From positions 22,942,001 through 23,006,000 of the forward strand of contig CM052818.1 in NCBI GenBank assembly GCA_028534125.1: DNA of 64,000 nt, read 5' to 3'. Origin of the DNA: Lama glama (lineage: Eukaryota). This document shows, in pieces, positions 24,527 through 36,987 of the stretch. A program made the position numbers and the translations under genes. Under the pieces are notes generated by a model. The model was given only the letters and a program-made list of their open reading frames with translations, ran no database searches and was not told where the DNA came from. How positions within the stretch are numbered: the first letter of the stretch is position 1; each line of letters starts with the position of its first letter.

Positions 24527-27500
24527 ATGTACTTTATGCTGGCCCCAGTGCTCAGGTCATGTGTCAGTCCTGGAAGGAATCTGACATGATGATGCCTCAA
24601 ACTGCACATATGGTTACTTGCTCGCACTAAAGATGACAGTGAAATACTTGGAAGGTCATCAAACTAAAATCAGAGAACCCCCTTCAATTGCTAGCTCTGA
24701 AGACTTTGGGTTAATTAATAAATGCCTTCAATTCTTAGTATCTTTGTATGAGAAAAGGGCCGTGAAGTGGAATAGAATGTCACAAATATAAACAATCTGG
24801 AACAGGTGCACAATAAATGCTGAACTTGCACCTTAACAGCCTGGAGTATTCAGCAACTCCAACGTAACTTTTAGGTTTTTGTTGTTTTATTTCGACAAAA
24901 AGTCAACTGAATGATGTTTTATTCCCGGCTCAGCAGTTAAGTTTTTAAGCGTGGTACAGAAGAAATAGAAAACTGTGTTGGAAAATTATTTTAAACTAAA
25001 TTATTAATGCTCTAAGTCTTACTAGAAACAAGCAAATGACTTATTTTTCGGTATAAAAAATATACAGATACTCATACTGAATTTTTCATTTCAGGTAAAA
25101 ATACACATGGATTTCTATCTCCTAGTTTTCTTTCTTTCTTTTTTAATCATGTGAATTTCCTTTGAGAGAATTGTTTTATTCCCAGTATCAATAAACTTGA
25201 AAACGTCTACCTTTGTTTACCATTTTGAATAACTGTTTCTGATCACAATGTGAAAGAGCTCAAAGATGCCATCCTTCCTATTTAACTGCTAGACACAGTA
25301 CACTACACAAATTAAATCGATATAAGTATCTGTTGATCAATGATGTATATATGTATATTATAAAAACTTTGATAATTTCAGATTTTGAGCATTAAAAGTA
25401 AACTCTATCCTACATTAAAAAAATTCTGAACCCACTGCAATTCTTTTTAAATGTGATTTTTAAAATCTAAACTGAATGAGAGAGGCTAAGAATGCATGGC
25501 CAATAATGGAGATCAGGGGTCACTGGTAACACAACTTGAAGTTTTTTTTTTTTTTTTAACTTCTGAACACATCTAATTCAATTCAACCACCAAACTTAAA
25601 AATTCAGGTGAACAGAAATGGAAAACACTAGTCTAGTATATCTCCTAAAAAATACAGTATAAAAATCTTCACAATCATAAGACACCTACAATTCTATATT
25701 CAAATTCCACATTTTAGTGAAAATGATGCTGTCATCAGTACTACTCAACTTTTACTCTTACAGTGACACCCAAAGGTAAGATTAAAGTCATTTCCTTAAT
25801 AAAACGTTTAACAAATAATTTTCAAACAGCTAATACCAAGTGCCAGACGATGTGCTGGCCCTGAGAAAGTCTATCTGGGAAGTCAAGACATGTAAATTGG
25901 GTCTTTCCTCCAGAGCAGGGAAACAAGGATTCTGCTATTCGTAGGTCACTTGGGATTTCCTGGTCTGCTGCAGAGGCTCCAGAAAGACAAAGGGAAGGAG
26001 TGTTTCAGTGTTTAATGTGAGGCGGATAAGGGAAGCAAGGGGCATGCTGCTCTGCCAGTCCCCCGGGGAGGTGTCTCAGGAACCCCAGGTTGGTTCCACG
26101 TCACCTTTCTCTCTCCTTTTTGGGGGCAACTCACAGACAGACTGGTTCGACCAGTTCTCTTCCTACTGCTACCACTTACTGCTGCTAATGAAGAATCTCT
26201 GCTCCCAGCCTACTGATTTTAGAAAAGGTCTCTAATTTTTCTCTCATAACCTTCTGCTTCGAAGGAAGTACATGGTACTCTGGGCTTCCCCCCCACCCCG
26301 TTTTTCTGTCCTTAAGCAGTAAGGAAAAACAGGATTGAAAAAAGGCTATTTTCAATGTTTTCCTCTAATTTTATCATCTACCACAGAAAAGGGTAAAGTG
26401 GAGCAGTGTATTTGGGTGCAAATGGGGTTTAAGAAAAAAATTATATCTGTATATTTGAGGTAAAGCTGAATGAATGCCAAGGCCAACTATTGGGGTGGGA
26501 GGAGGGGCTACAGAGAGAAAAAGAAAAAAGGAGATTGAGTTTATTCTTTTTTCCTCCCCTCTACCATTTTATCACATGGCCATGCATACTGTTCTCAAAG
26601 ATCTCTCCAGACCCAGCCCAGTGGAGAGTAAATCCTGTAGTCTATGTTGGGAAAAGGAGAAGAGAAAGGGAGGAAATATGCCATAAATGTACTAATTGGG
26701 ACAACGTGTCCATATTACAAATAACTAAGAGTAATCAATAGTTGTTAAGAAAAGGTCCGTGGAAACATCCTTTTGTGAGGTGAGAAGAATAATTTTAATC
26801 ACTAATTGTTTAAAAAATGATACCTCTAATTTTATAGGTCTTTGGTTTTAGTATTCATATATTATAATAAATCCAATTTCCACAGGCAAGTCAAAGGTTT
26901 CCAGCTGGATCCTAATTCTGAAATCAAATTCTGAAGCAATGGAGTCTGATTATGTGATGCTTTACTGTATTATTATTCTTATGTTATCCATTAAAAGTTA
27001 ACAACTTCAAGTTTTCAATGGAGAGCTGCTTTTACTGAGGGCAGTATCACCCTGCATGACCTCTACCATTTAGCCATGTTAGATACCTCAGCCTTCTAAA
27101 GCTCCAGTCTCAGGATGAAATGTAGGCTGCTGCTTTCTGTCAAGGACACTTTTTCTTCCTTCTTAGGCCCAATCCAGCTATTCTCATCTCTCTCTCTCTC
27201 AAGATTTTTAACCTCCTTTTTTTCACTGCAATTCCCATTTTACTTCCAGGTTTTAGGCAACCTTAAAGACTACTGGTTCATTCTAAAACTTTATTTTCCA
27301 TTTCATTTTCAACTGAGATCCTCAAAATTCTCCATTTCGAAACTGGCTATTCTATATACCTGGCTGTTCCATGGCCTTAATGTTGAAATTGCAATTGCAA
27401 TGGTCTTTTCTTGGTTCTTATTCTTCTTGATCTCCCTATAAGCACTGAGACACCTGGTAACTCTCTCTTTCCTTGTTCAGGGGCACTAAATAAAGAGTTT

Positions 27501-28255
27501 CATCTGCTAACTTAAAAAAAAAAAATCCTACTTCTGTAAATCCTCGCAGGATCTTTTCTGGTCATCTAACTGTGGGACAAAGATTCCTTGGCCTCATAAC
27601 TCTTCTCTCTTTCATGGTGATCTCAACCAGTTTTAAAGATTCTTGTGGATAACTCAGAAAATCTGTATCTTTAATCCTATTTGAACTTTCAATGGCTTAG
27701 TATATGGTAAGAGAAGTTACAAAACACTACTATTTTTTAAAATTCTATTTCCTTCATGCTGGCTATCTCTTGCTTCTGTTAACACGTGACAAATTTATTC
27801 ACGCTATCCTGGATGCCTCACATTCATATCCATCTTTCTCCCTTTACTTGCACTGTTTCCCTAATGTGTTGTACATTCATTATGACTAAGCTTAAATACA
27901 ATTTCTTCTGTGAAGGCTTCACCAAACACTGAAGATTTGGGATGATTTCTCTCTTTATCTTTATACTGCTTAAATTAACATGGATCTGTAATATCTCTTT
28001 CTAATGATTTTGTATTAACCTTTTGGAAGGAAAGGTGCAATATAGTCAAAATGCTTAATAAGTAACTGGGTGAGTAATTTGATTAAAAAAAAAATGAAAA
28101 ACACAGTCATGGAGAACCTTTAAAATAAAATGTATGTTCATGACTCTCATACTGTTTCCGTGCAGCTCACTCTCTCCTGGTCTGGGTAAGAGATGGGCCT
28201 GCGACAGCAGTATGTGCAAATTAAAAAGAATGATTTTAGTATGAGAATACTGTAC

Positions 28256-28391
28256 CTTTAGGCCCTTTCCCAGGTGTGGGTTCTACAGTAGTTTTGCTCC
28301 ATATAAGTATGACTCCACCTGAGTCTCCAGTAAGAACATCTCCATTCCCCAAGAATGCTAAACACTGCACAAACTTTGGTTTATCATATTT
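28256..28391 (-). CDS. EML4: EML4 exon 13 (136 nt)
   Basis: tag|AAATAT...AAAG|gtacag; KYDKPKFVQCLAFLGNGDVLTGDSGGVILIWSKTTVEPTPGKGPK. Confidence 0.97.
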
Positions 28392-28505
28392 CTACAATGA
28401 AACAATGAGAATTTTTAGTTTTCCCTTTGGCATGATGACGTTATGCTTACTCAACAATGAAAAAATTAAAGTTTTATAATGAAGTTTTAACATTCTGATA
28501 CCTAC

Positions 28506-28640
28506 CCCAAAAATTCCCTGTTTTCTTGCTAGTGAATTACCACTCCAGGTCCAAAAAAAAATATGAGATTTACCACATGTTATTATGGTATTTGCATCTG
28601 TTGGATGGAATTCCACAGCCAAAACAACTTCATTTGTTGT
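28506..28640 (-). CDS. EML4: EML4 exon 12 (135 nt)
   Basis: cag|ACAACA...TGGG|gtaggt; TTNEVVLAVEFHPTDANTIITCGKSHIFFWTWSGNSLARKQGIFG. Confidence 0.97.
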
Positions 28641-29879
28641 CTGTGGAAAGAAAAATAAAGTTTTAGATGAATGTATATCCTTATCTCCATTAAGTACCAA
28701 TCAGGTACTGATAATCAAAGACAGGGGAAAATCTTAAGGGAACGCCTTTTCATCCAAGATCTATTTTCCTGAAAAACTTTAGTAGTAGATTTTTAGTATA
28801 ATGATTTAAATTTGATGCCTTTATCCTATTACAGCATCTTTTATGCTATCTATATATAGTAACTCTGCACTAGGAAGGTATTTATATGAATTACAGTTTT
28901 AGATTATTTTAATTTCTTGCACCTTCAGGGAAAGGTACACTAACACTAGTAAATGAAAGCACAATGCACATTCTGTCTTAAAGACAATGCCACTTCAGTC
29001 TTAAAAAAAAAAACCAGTTTTATTCTTCTTTGTACTACTATTATAGATGATTCATTTAACAAATATTTCTGATAAAGAGATTCATCCTCAGGTTGAAGGA
29101 AGGCACAGAATGGTCACTACTGATTCCTAAAGAATGAAAAAACAAAATGCAAAAGGCTTTTATGCTCATTCCTCAAAAAAACGTAGAAAAAACCAAGAAT
29201 TAAGTTTAAAAGAACTGGAGTGAGAAAGGAAGAAAGCAGCCTGGAAAGTCACAAAGTAAGTACAAGTACAGTTTTTTCACTGACATTACTGAATTGAGGA
29301 TATTTTTAAAACAGTATGTATATTTCTAAATGTTCAGTAAATCACAACTGAATTCTTACTAAATTGATGCTTTATGGTAAAAACACCTATTCAAACTTAA
29401 CAGTGAGGTAAAACATGCTTGTAAAGCTGTTTATTGTTAGCTGGTGTTCATCTGCAGGGTGATCAATGTTTATTTTTTAACTTAACAAAGAACTTTACGT
29501 GTATGGAAGCCTTTCCTTATTGCAAACCAATATGGTAAACATGGTAATCTTAGGAACAAAGTGATTTAAAGAAATACATTTTACATTCTTATACTAATAA
29601 AATGACCCTTGAAAGAACTGATGTAAATTTTAAAATTTTCCCATGGCTTATTTAACAGCTTCACAAATTTTACACTTCTATTACTAACATTTGAGCTAGA
29701 GAGCCTTGTATAGCTACATAAATAAAACTCAAGCTATCCAATCTAAATGCTGTTTCTCCTTAACTAGATTTAAGATTATAAGATAGAGGAAAAGGACAGT
29801 AATCTTTTCTTATATAATTCTCCACAATGATTAGTAAGGAACTATACAAGCCTAGTGGGTCAAAGTATATTTTATTCTT

Positions 29880-30260
29880 TTATATATATACTCCTTTGGG
29901 CTTATACGTAGGAGTGGAGCAGGATGGGTCAGAGGGTATGCATACGTGTGTGTTCACCTTAACTAGGTAATGTCAAATAATTTTTCAAAATGGCTGCACC
30001 AATTTCCATGACCAGCAGCAGTATATGAGAGTTTCAGTTACTTCACATCCTCACCAGTCTTGGTGATTTTGTCTATTCTTACCCATTCATATTTCTACAT
30101 GTATTCATCTTGCCATCTTCTATGAAAATCATGCTGGAGTTCTGACTATACTGAATGTATAGATAATACAGAGAAGTTACATCTTTACCATATTGTCTTC
30201 TATTCATTATTACTGTATAATCCTCTGATTATTTAGGTGTTCCTTAATTTCTGTCAATCA
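29880..30260 (-). mobile_element. Ancient L1 fragments
   Basis: ttttcaaaatggctgcaccaatttcc...ccagcagcagtatatgagagtttcagtta...catcctcaccag. Confidence 0.6.
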
Positions 30261-30319
30261 GGTTTGAAGTTGCCTTACTGAATTTTAAACTTACATAAGT
30301 AAACAAGTAATGCATCAAC

Positions 30320-30577
30320 GGCCCAAATCCTTGTGACTTAAGCAAGGACAGAGCTCACATACAGAAGAACAAAATAAGGTCAACACACAGGGAGGAGCCA
30401 AGAGGAGAGAGAGAGAATCAGTGGTCTAGTCTCCCAGTCAAGTCATTCCTGAGGCAAAATCTCCCTCTGATCTTTAGTAGAGGTTTTCTTTTCCTCCCTC
30501 AACATGAATCAATAAATTCTCTTTAAGTTTGCTTTAGTTGTTTTGAAGTCATCTGCAATGAAAGAGTTCTAATACAG
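30320..30577 (+). mobile_element. MLT1-like (MaLR) LTR relic
   Basis: catgaatcaataaattctc...ctgcaatgaaagagttctaataca resembles an MLT1 3' end. Confidence 0.45.
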
Positions 30578-30775
30578 ACAGTTGGGAGAAAGAGTTGAGA
30601 GAATGTGCTGACTGACTGGGCGTGAAAAATGAGGGAAAAGGAGTCATGAATGATGCCCAAGTTTCTAGCCTGGGCAACTAAGTGGAATGTAATGTTAATT
30701 ATTGAGAGGCAATACTAGTTGGGGGCTAAGAAATTTGATTAGTACAGATTTGGACATGTTGCTCTTGATTTGCAG

Positions 30776-30875
30776 NNNNNNNNNNNNNNNNNNNNNNNNN
30801 NNNNNNNNNNNNNNNNNNNNNNNNNNNNNNNNNNNNNNNNNNNNNNNNNNNNNNNNNNNNNNNNNNNNNNNNNNN
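30776..30875. other. Assembly gap (100 N) in intron 11
   Basis: Run of exactly 100 n. Confidence 1.
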
Positions 30876-31498
30876 TGACAGGCTTTTTTTAGTCATCCTG
30901 TCACTCTGAATCCCTCTGAAAGCCTGTCAGAGGGAGGCCATTTCTGAACCATATGAACGCAGTTGCCGTGCTAACCTTGCATTCTTCTCTTACAAGTTAT
31001 GGCCTGACCCACACAAAAGGACTGACACTATTCTACAGCAGGTAAAAATGCTGTAGCATTTTATGTAATAATCCCAGAAACATAATTAAGATAAAAAAAC
31101 TCATCATTACATATGCTTTACAGTTATGTCTGTCATATTCCTGAGGTTAAGTTTTTCCTTTAGATTTTTTTAAGCTTTGAAGATTGAACAAAATAACATT
31201 TTGTTAAAGAAGGAAAAGCCAGGCAAAGCCATTCTTAATTCTGAGACTAGACATCCATCTACTTTGGCATCCATCACATGTGTCAGGAGTACAATGTGTC
31301 TGAGATATTACCGAAATTGGTTGAAGCTGATGACTGTTTTATCTTAAGAGTCCCATAAGAATGATGACAAATCAATAAACTTGATTAATTTGGCCAGTTG
31401 GTGTGTTCTTGCAACCTAAGGAAATGCACTATTCTTCCAAGGATCTGCAAAACAAATACTGTATTCTGAAAGATAGTACTTGATTAAAATTTTTTTAC

Positions 31499-31594
31499 CT
31501 TTATTTCTGCTCCTTTTGATTTTTTCTGCCAATCCCATACAGTAAGCATATGCTCATTGGAGTCATCAATAACACATAAATGAACACCTGAATC
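31499..31594 (-). CDS. EML4: EML4 exon 11 (96 nt)
   Basis: tag|GATTCA...AAAG|gtaaaa; DSGVHLCVIDDSNEHMLTVWDWQKKSKGAEIK. Confidence 0.96.
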
Positions 31595-32832
31595 CTAAAG
31601 AAAAAGTCAATTTAAATAAGGCATTTTAAAATTTTCAGACAAGGCTGATATTCTAAGAAGAAATACCATATTATTAAAACTGCCAACATTAAGATAATCC
31701 AAAATCCTTTAAACTCATGATTCCTTTAAATATAATGAATATACTAAGACTGTATTTTCTTTAGAAATATTATAAAGATTCTTAAAATTTTTTTCTATTT
31801 TTAATTTTTTTCCCTAGGTTGCTCTCCATTTGTCATGAAGCCACTTCTATTACTCAGAGATAGCAAACAATTAATTTGAGGATACCCTAGACCATTCTGA
31901 ATCTTATGCTTCCTTCTTGCTGACTGTATTTAAAGTATTTTCCTTTGCAGTAGACATGAAATGTCTGTAATGTCACAACTTTGCTCCTAAATTTTGACAG
32001 TTTCATGGAACAAGTTGAAATTAATGGCTATTTTCAAGTTTCCCAATTTCAGTTTTCCATGATATACCTGATTTACATTAACACGAATAAGTAAGATAAG
32101 TAAAAACATAACTAAATTCCTTTTAATCTATTTTTCTGAAACTATTCTCATTCACATAATTTGTACCTCCAAGTTTAAGGAAAAAAACCACAAATGATAT
32201 TAAAAGACTATTTTTTTTTCTAGTAGCATTTGTAGTGTATGCCTTATGATGTCTACGGAACAAAGAAACGTGGTGGTGATGAGTGAGAAGTACTGAGGAA
32301 GAGCAGAGCTTACTCTCTTTTCTGTATCTGTCTTTTACCCCATACTGGAATGACTGCCTAAACTAGGAAAAGTTATAGAGTACAAGGCAATCCAAGATAG
32401 TCTTAACACTATAACAGCGGTATCAACAAGATGACAACAGTTGCTGCCACAGAAATTTTAGGGAGTAAAAAACGTAATAAAAGTGTTTCCCTTCTGCCAT
32501 CTTACCTTCTTTTTCAAATGCCTTTCTCCCAATTCTTGACTCATTAGGCCCCTTGACATTCAGTGCTTTCAAGCTAGTAAAGTTCCTATATCCACCCAGA
32601 TTTATCTTTCTGCTCTAAAAATGTCCCTTCCTCTTCCATGTCTCACAAAACTCCCATAATCCAGAATATAACTGCTGATAGCTAGGAACTGAACAGATAA
32701 CATTCATACTAAAGCATGAATGAAGCCCAATAAAATATGGAGAGGTACTTGTATCTGAAATTAAAAATTATGGATCCTAAAATGTAGAAGTTCTCCTGTA
32801 GACACTATAATATATGATTCAAGCTGAAGCAA

Positions 32833-32964
32833 GGCAGGCAGGGTATAGCTCCCTGGTATAGCACATGCTTAGCATGCATGGGGTCCTGGGTTCAATTCCC
32901 AGTAGCTCAATTAAAATAAATAAATAAATAAAAACCTAATTACTTCCCTCTACCTCCCTAAAAA
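32833..32964 (+). mobile_element. tRNA-derived SINE (Vic-1-like), more diverged
   Basis: gggtatagctccctggtatagcacatgcttagcatgcatggggtcctgggttcaattcccagta; tail (taaa)n aacctaattacttccc. Confidence 0.82.
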
Positions 32965-33290
32965 TGCTAAAGTAAAAGCACATCTTACTGCTTGTTTCAG
33001 TTTTACTATGCTATGTATGCAGTGTCATAACCATTTCTTGTTATTATATTAGCATCCTATTTCAGGACAGAAAAAAATTATGTATAATTAAGTATAATAT
33101 CCTGGATCCTACATACACCAAAGTACTTTAGTACTGAGGTTAAAATGCTGGCCATTGCTAAGCACTAGCTAACATCTCATTTTTCAATTCAGAGTTATCA
33201 CTTTATATGAACACATACACACAAACTGAGCTTAATTTCTTTTCTGCGTCTTTGTGCAGCTTACTTATTCCTTTGAAAACTGTTACTTAC

Positions 33291-33401
33291 AGCTTTCGAA
33301 AAATCCAGGCATCCTACTCCACGTTCGAAAGTTCCAAGTCCAATAATCTGCAGTGTAGATAGACTAACTGAATCCCACACTCTGACATGGGGTTGCAGGG
33401 G
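33291..33401 (-). CDS. EML4: EML4 exon 10 (111 nt)
   Basis: cag|CCCCTG...AGCT|gtaagt; PLQPHVRVWDSVSLSTLQIIGLGTFERGVGCLDFSKA. Confidence 0.96.
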
Positions 33402-33639
33402 CTGCAAAAATAAGTGGAAAAACACAAGCTGGTAGGGCTTTACTAGTGTTTAGGTAGATGAAAATAACCATTACCACAGGAACTGTTTGCCGTCTTTAAA
33501 AAATAATAGGTACGGATAGACATTAATAAAAAATAGCTACTACATTTACACAAGCCCTGAAAGAATCTCGAACAAGTATTTTCTTCTCATACCATGAAAA
33601 TAAGGAATTAACAAGTGATGACAGTAGCAGAAAATGATT

Positions 33640-33835
33640 TGAGTATTTACTAAGTATCTTACATGTATTAATGTTTTTAATTTGCATAGTTCTACGAGTT
33701 ATGCACTATTATAATCACCATTTAACAGATGAGGAAACTGAGACAAGAGATTTAAACAACTCGCCCATAGTTATCCAGCGATTAAAAGGTGGAGTCAGGA
33801 TTCTAACCCCAGCAAGTCTGCTCTGTAAACATGAT
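33640..33835 (-). mobile_element. MIR SINE
   Basis: catttaacagatgaggaaactgagac...ggagtcaggattctaacccc. Confidence 0.7.
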
Positions 33836-34505
33836 CTTTACTCCTGAGAAAATAATGTCTTTTTTTTTTAAAAAAGAAATCATTGTCCAATAAATTGCTA
33901 CGGAAACAGTCCTTAAATAGAATTTAGAACTGGAAGGGGTCTTAAAAGTCATTCAGTATAATCCCTCTAAGTCCTTTTCTTTAAAGAAGCTGATGCCAGA
34001 GACTGTTGTGAGTACAGTCAGTCATATGTATGCTAATCAGTCATCATTAATATTCACTGTTGATCCTTACAAATAATGGATTTGTCATGTAAGCCAACTT
34101 AATATGAAATAGTAACTGAAAAATGTTTTAAGTGTTACCAGTTCTAATCACATATAAAATCAAGGGCCCATCAATTTAGGGAAATTTCAGTACCTTCTGG
34201 CAAACATAGATAATTTATTCTGTTTAAAAAATATGTAACAAGTTTATTAGTTCTCCCATTTTTACAAGTAAATAGTTTCTTTAGGGAGAATGCTTTTTTT
34301 TTTAAAAAAATATTTTAGTATGATTCTCTTTTGTTTTTTTTGGAATGTTATTACATTCTAATATTTTTTCCCTGCTTATACTATAAATCCCTTGATAGTT
34401 GCATTTTAAAAGAATACAATAAATGAGCTGTGGTTAAAATTACAACCAATTCCATTCTAATAGCAGTATCACTAGGTACAGAATGCATAAAACTGTGTCA
34501 CTCAC

Positions 34506-34575
34506 CCTTCCATCCTTATCCACTCCAGCTATCTGTCCAGTTGCAATCCTAATTTTGTCAGGATGTATAGCAAGG
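34506..34575 (-). CDS. EML4: EML4 exon 9 (70 nt)
   Basis: tag|CCTTGC...AAGG|gtgagt; LAIHPDKIRIATGQIAGVDKDGR. Confidence 0.96.
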
Positions 34576-36837
34576 CTAAAAAGCAGTATTAAATACAGGT
34601 AACATGTAAAACAGCAGAATCATGCCTCAGTATCAACATTTTTCAAACAAATAGTCTTTAAATCATTAATAAATGCCTCTGTGACTCATTTATTTTATTT
34701 TCTTTAGCAAATCAAATAAACATCAATTACCTAAAGGATTTCTTTTCTAAGTTTTCAGCTGTACTTCTTTCTTTTTAAAACTAAGCAAATTATTGGAGCA
34801 CTAAATATGAAGAAAATATTTACTCATAATTGTGGCATGATAAACTATCTTCTTTTGTTCCTTCCGAGTCCTGAACATAGGCAAAAATATTCACATGGCT
34901 TTATTAATAGTGAAGATGCAACACTGCATTGTGCAATTTCACTTTATCAAAACATAAGCATTTTCCCATTTTGCCATATAATTTTTACGCATATTATTAA
35001 CAGCTCTTCTGTCATTTCTAAAGGAACACAGCAGTGAACACCTTCACATTTAGGCCACCTACTTTTTAATTCATTTTTAATGCTAAACTCTTATAAGTCA
35101 AACTTTGGGCAAGGAACTATTAAGTACAAATTGAAAATACTGCAGCATATATGCCCACATTTCTCATGATAAATATACAAGTGATGAGCAAGATTTTTTA
35201 AAAGATGTCTTCACATTTGTATCTAGAATCTTCCTACGTGTTGCAACCAAGGGGTAAACTCAGCCGGGAATATAAATTTTTTGTTCTTGGTATGTATTAC
35301 TCATCATTTTCCAGAAGAGTAGTAGCAATTTAAATTGTCATAAGAAATAAAAATGTTTTAAAAGTTTCACAACTTTTAAACTTCCCCATATTAAGAATAG
35401 TATCTTTTAAAATGCCTTGATGATTGATTGGTATAATTGATATCACTTTATTTGATCACTAAGGAGGCTAGATTTCATCAATATGTTTCTTTAAGTAATT
35501 CTATTTCCCCTTACTTAAATAGTTTATGTCCTTTATTGAGGTCAATTATATCAAAAGTAACTAAAAAATCTAACATTAACATTCTGCCATATTTAATTCA
35601 AACCTTTAAAAACACATTCAAAAGAGTAAAATCGCTGAATTAGGTAATATATGTACATGGTTCAAATATCAAAAGCTATAAAAAGACACTGAGTGCAAGT
35701 CTCTTTCCTATTCTGCCCCCATGTGCTAAATCTCATTTACCCTGCTGTTATCCCTGCTCTCTGAAACCGTAACCAGGTAATCACTGTAATCAGTTTCTTC
35801 TTATTAATAATTCTGGAATATTTTTACATATGTGGAAGGCAAGATAAATATTTGTTTTCTACGTCCTGTTCACACAAATGGTAGAACATTGCACATTTTC
35901 CCATTCTTTAAATCTGTACTTAGGAATATATCTTGGGGATCTTTCCATATTAACACACAGAGACCTTCCTCACTCTTCCTTTATAGCTGGCTGCATGGTA
36001 ACCTGTGGGTACACTACAACTTCCCTAGCCCCAGCTAAAAGATATTTAGGCTGTTTCTGATCTGTATTTATTACAATGTTGTAATAAATAATTCCGTACA
36101 TAAATTATTCTTCCTTTGAGAAAGGCAATAGTTTAATCATCTCTAAAAGTTTAATAATACCTATATAATATTTTAATAGTCTAATATATATTCATTTTTT
36201 TCTAGATAAAGATATAGTTGCCAGACTAGTACAGACATAGAAGAAAGCTTTTAAATGTGGGAAAGTAATGGATTTAAGCAATAGACAATTGAACTTAACA
36301 AGAAGTGGTGAAAGTGAGTAAACTTAAAACATGCCTAAACATTTAAAAGGTGCTCTTAGATTTTTTTATAGTTTGACATCCTATGGGATATTTTGATCCA
36401 TATTCAGCCATGATTTCCTCCACCCACCTCTGCCCCAAAGCCTCAAGTCCAAAATTTATCTACATAAAATAAATTCTCAATCAATATTTAATAATCAGTA
36501 ATCACTCTCAGAAATATGACATAAGTCTAGTCTGCCCCCCCTATATTTGATGTTATAGACCAGAAGAAAAAGACCATAAAAGATCTGAGAAAGCAGAAGA
36601 CGTTCCAATTGAAATTTACAGATGAGATGTTTTACCGCTGCGGATACCACACAAACCGTTCTGGAGGCCTGTTAAGTCTTTTTTTCTTCTTAAAATGTAT
36701 TCCACAGAATGCCCATAATATCCTTAAGTTTTGAGTTTCTCACAAGAAATCATTTCCAATAAAAACCCAGATTTAAAAAAAAATACAAAAATGAGGGCAT
36801 GAAATTAAAAAATGAACAAACGTTAAATGATACCAAC

Positions 36838-36987
36838 CATTTCACACAGTCTGTATGACCCAGGTAGTGTCGTTGAGTTCTCTCCTCATAATTAAATAGT
36901 ACTACTACTGATGCTATGAAATAAACAATTTCCCCGGTAGGAAGAAGGTAAACATTAGCGCGACAGTCCTTTCCTCGATAACCGTAT
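36838..36987 (-). CDS. EML4: EML4 exon 8 (150 nt), second half of HELP motif
   Basis: aag|ATACGG...AATG|gttggt; YGYRGKDCRANVYLLPTGEIVYFIASVVVLFNYEERTQRHYLGHTDCVK(C). Confidence 0.97.
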
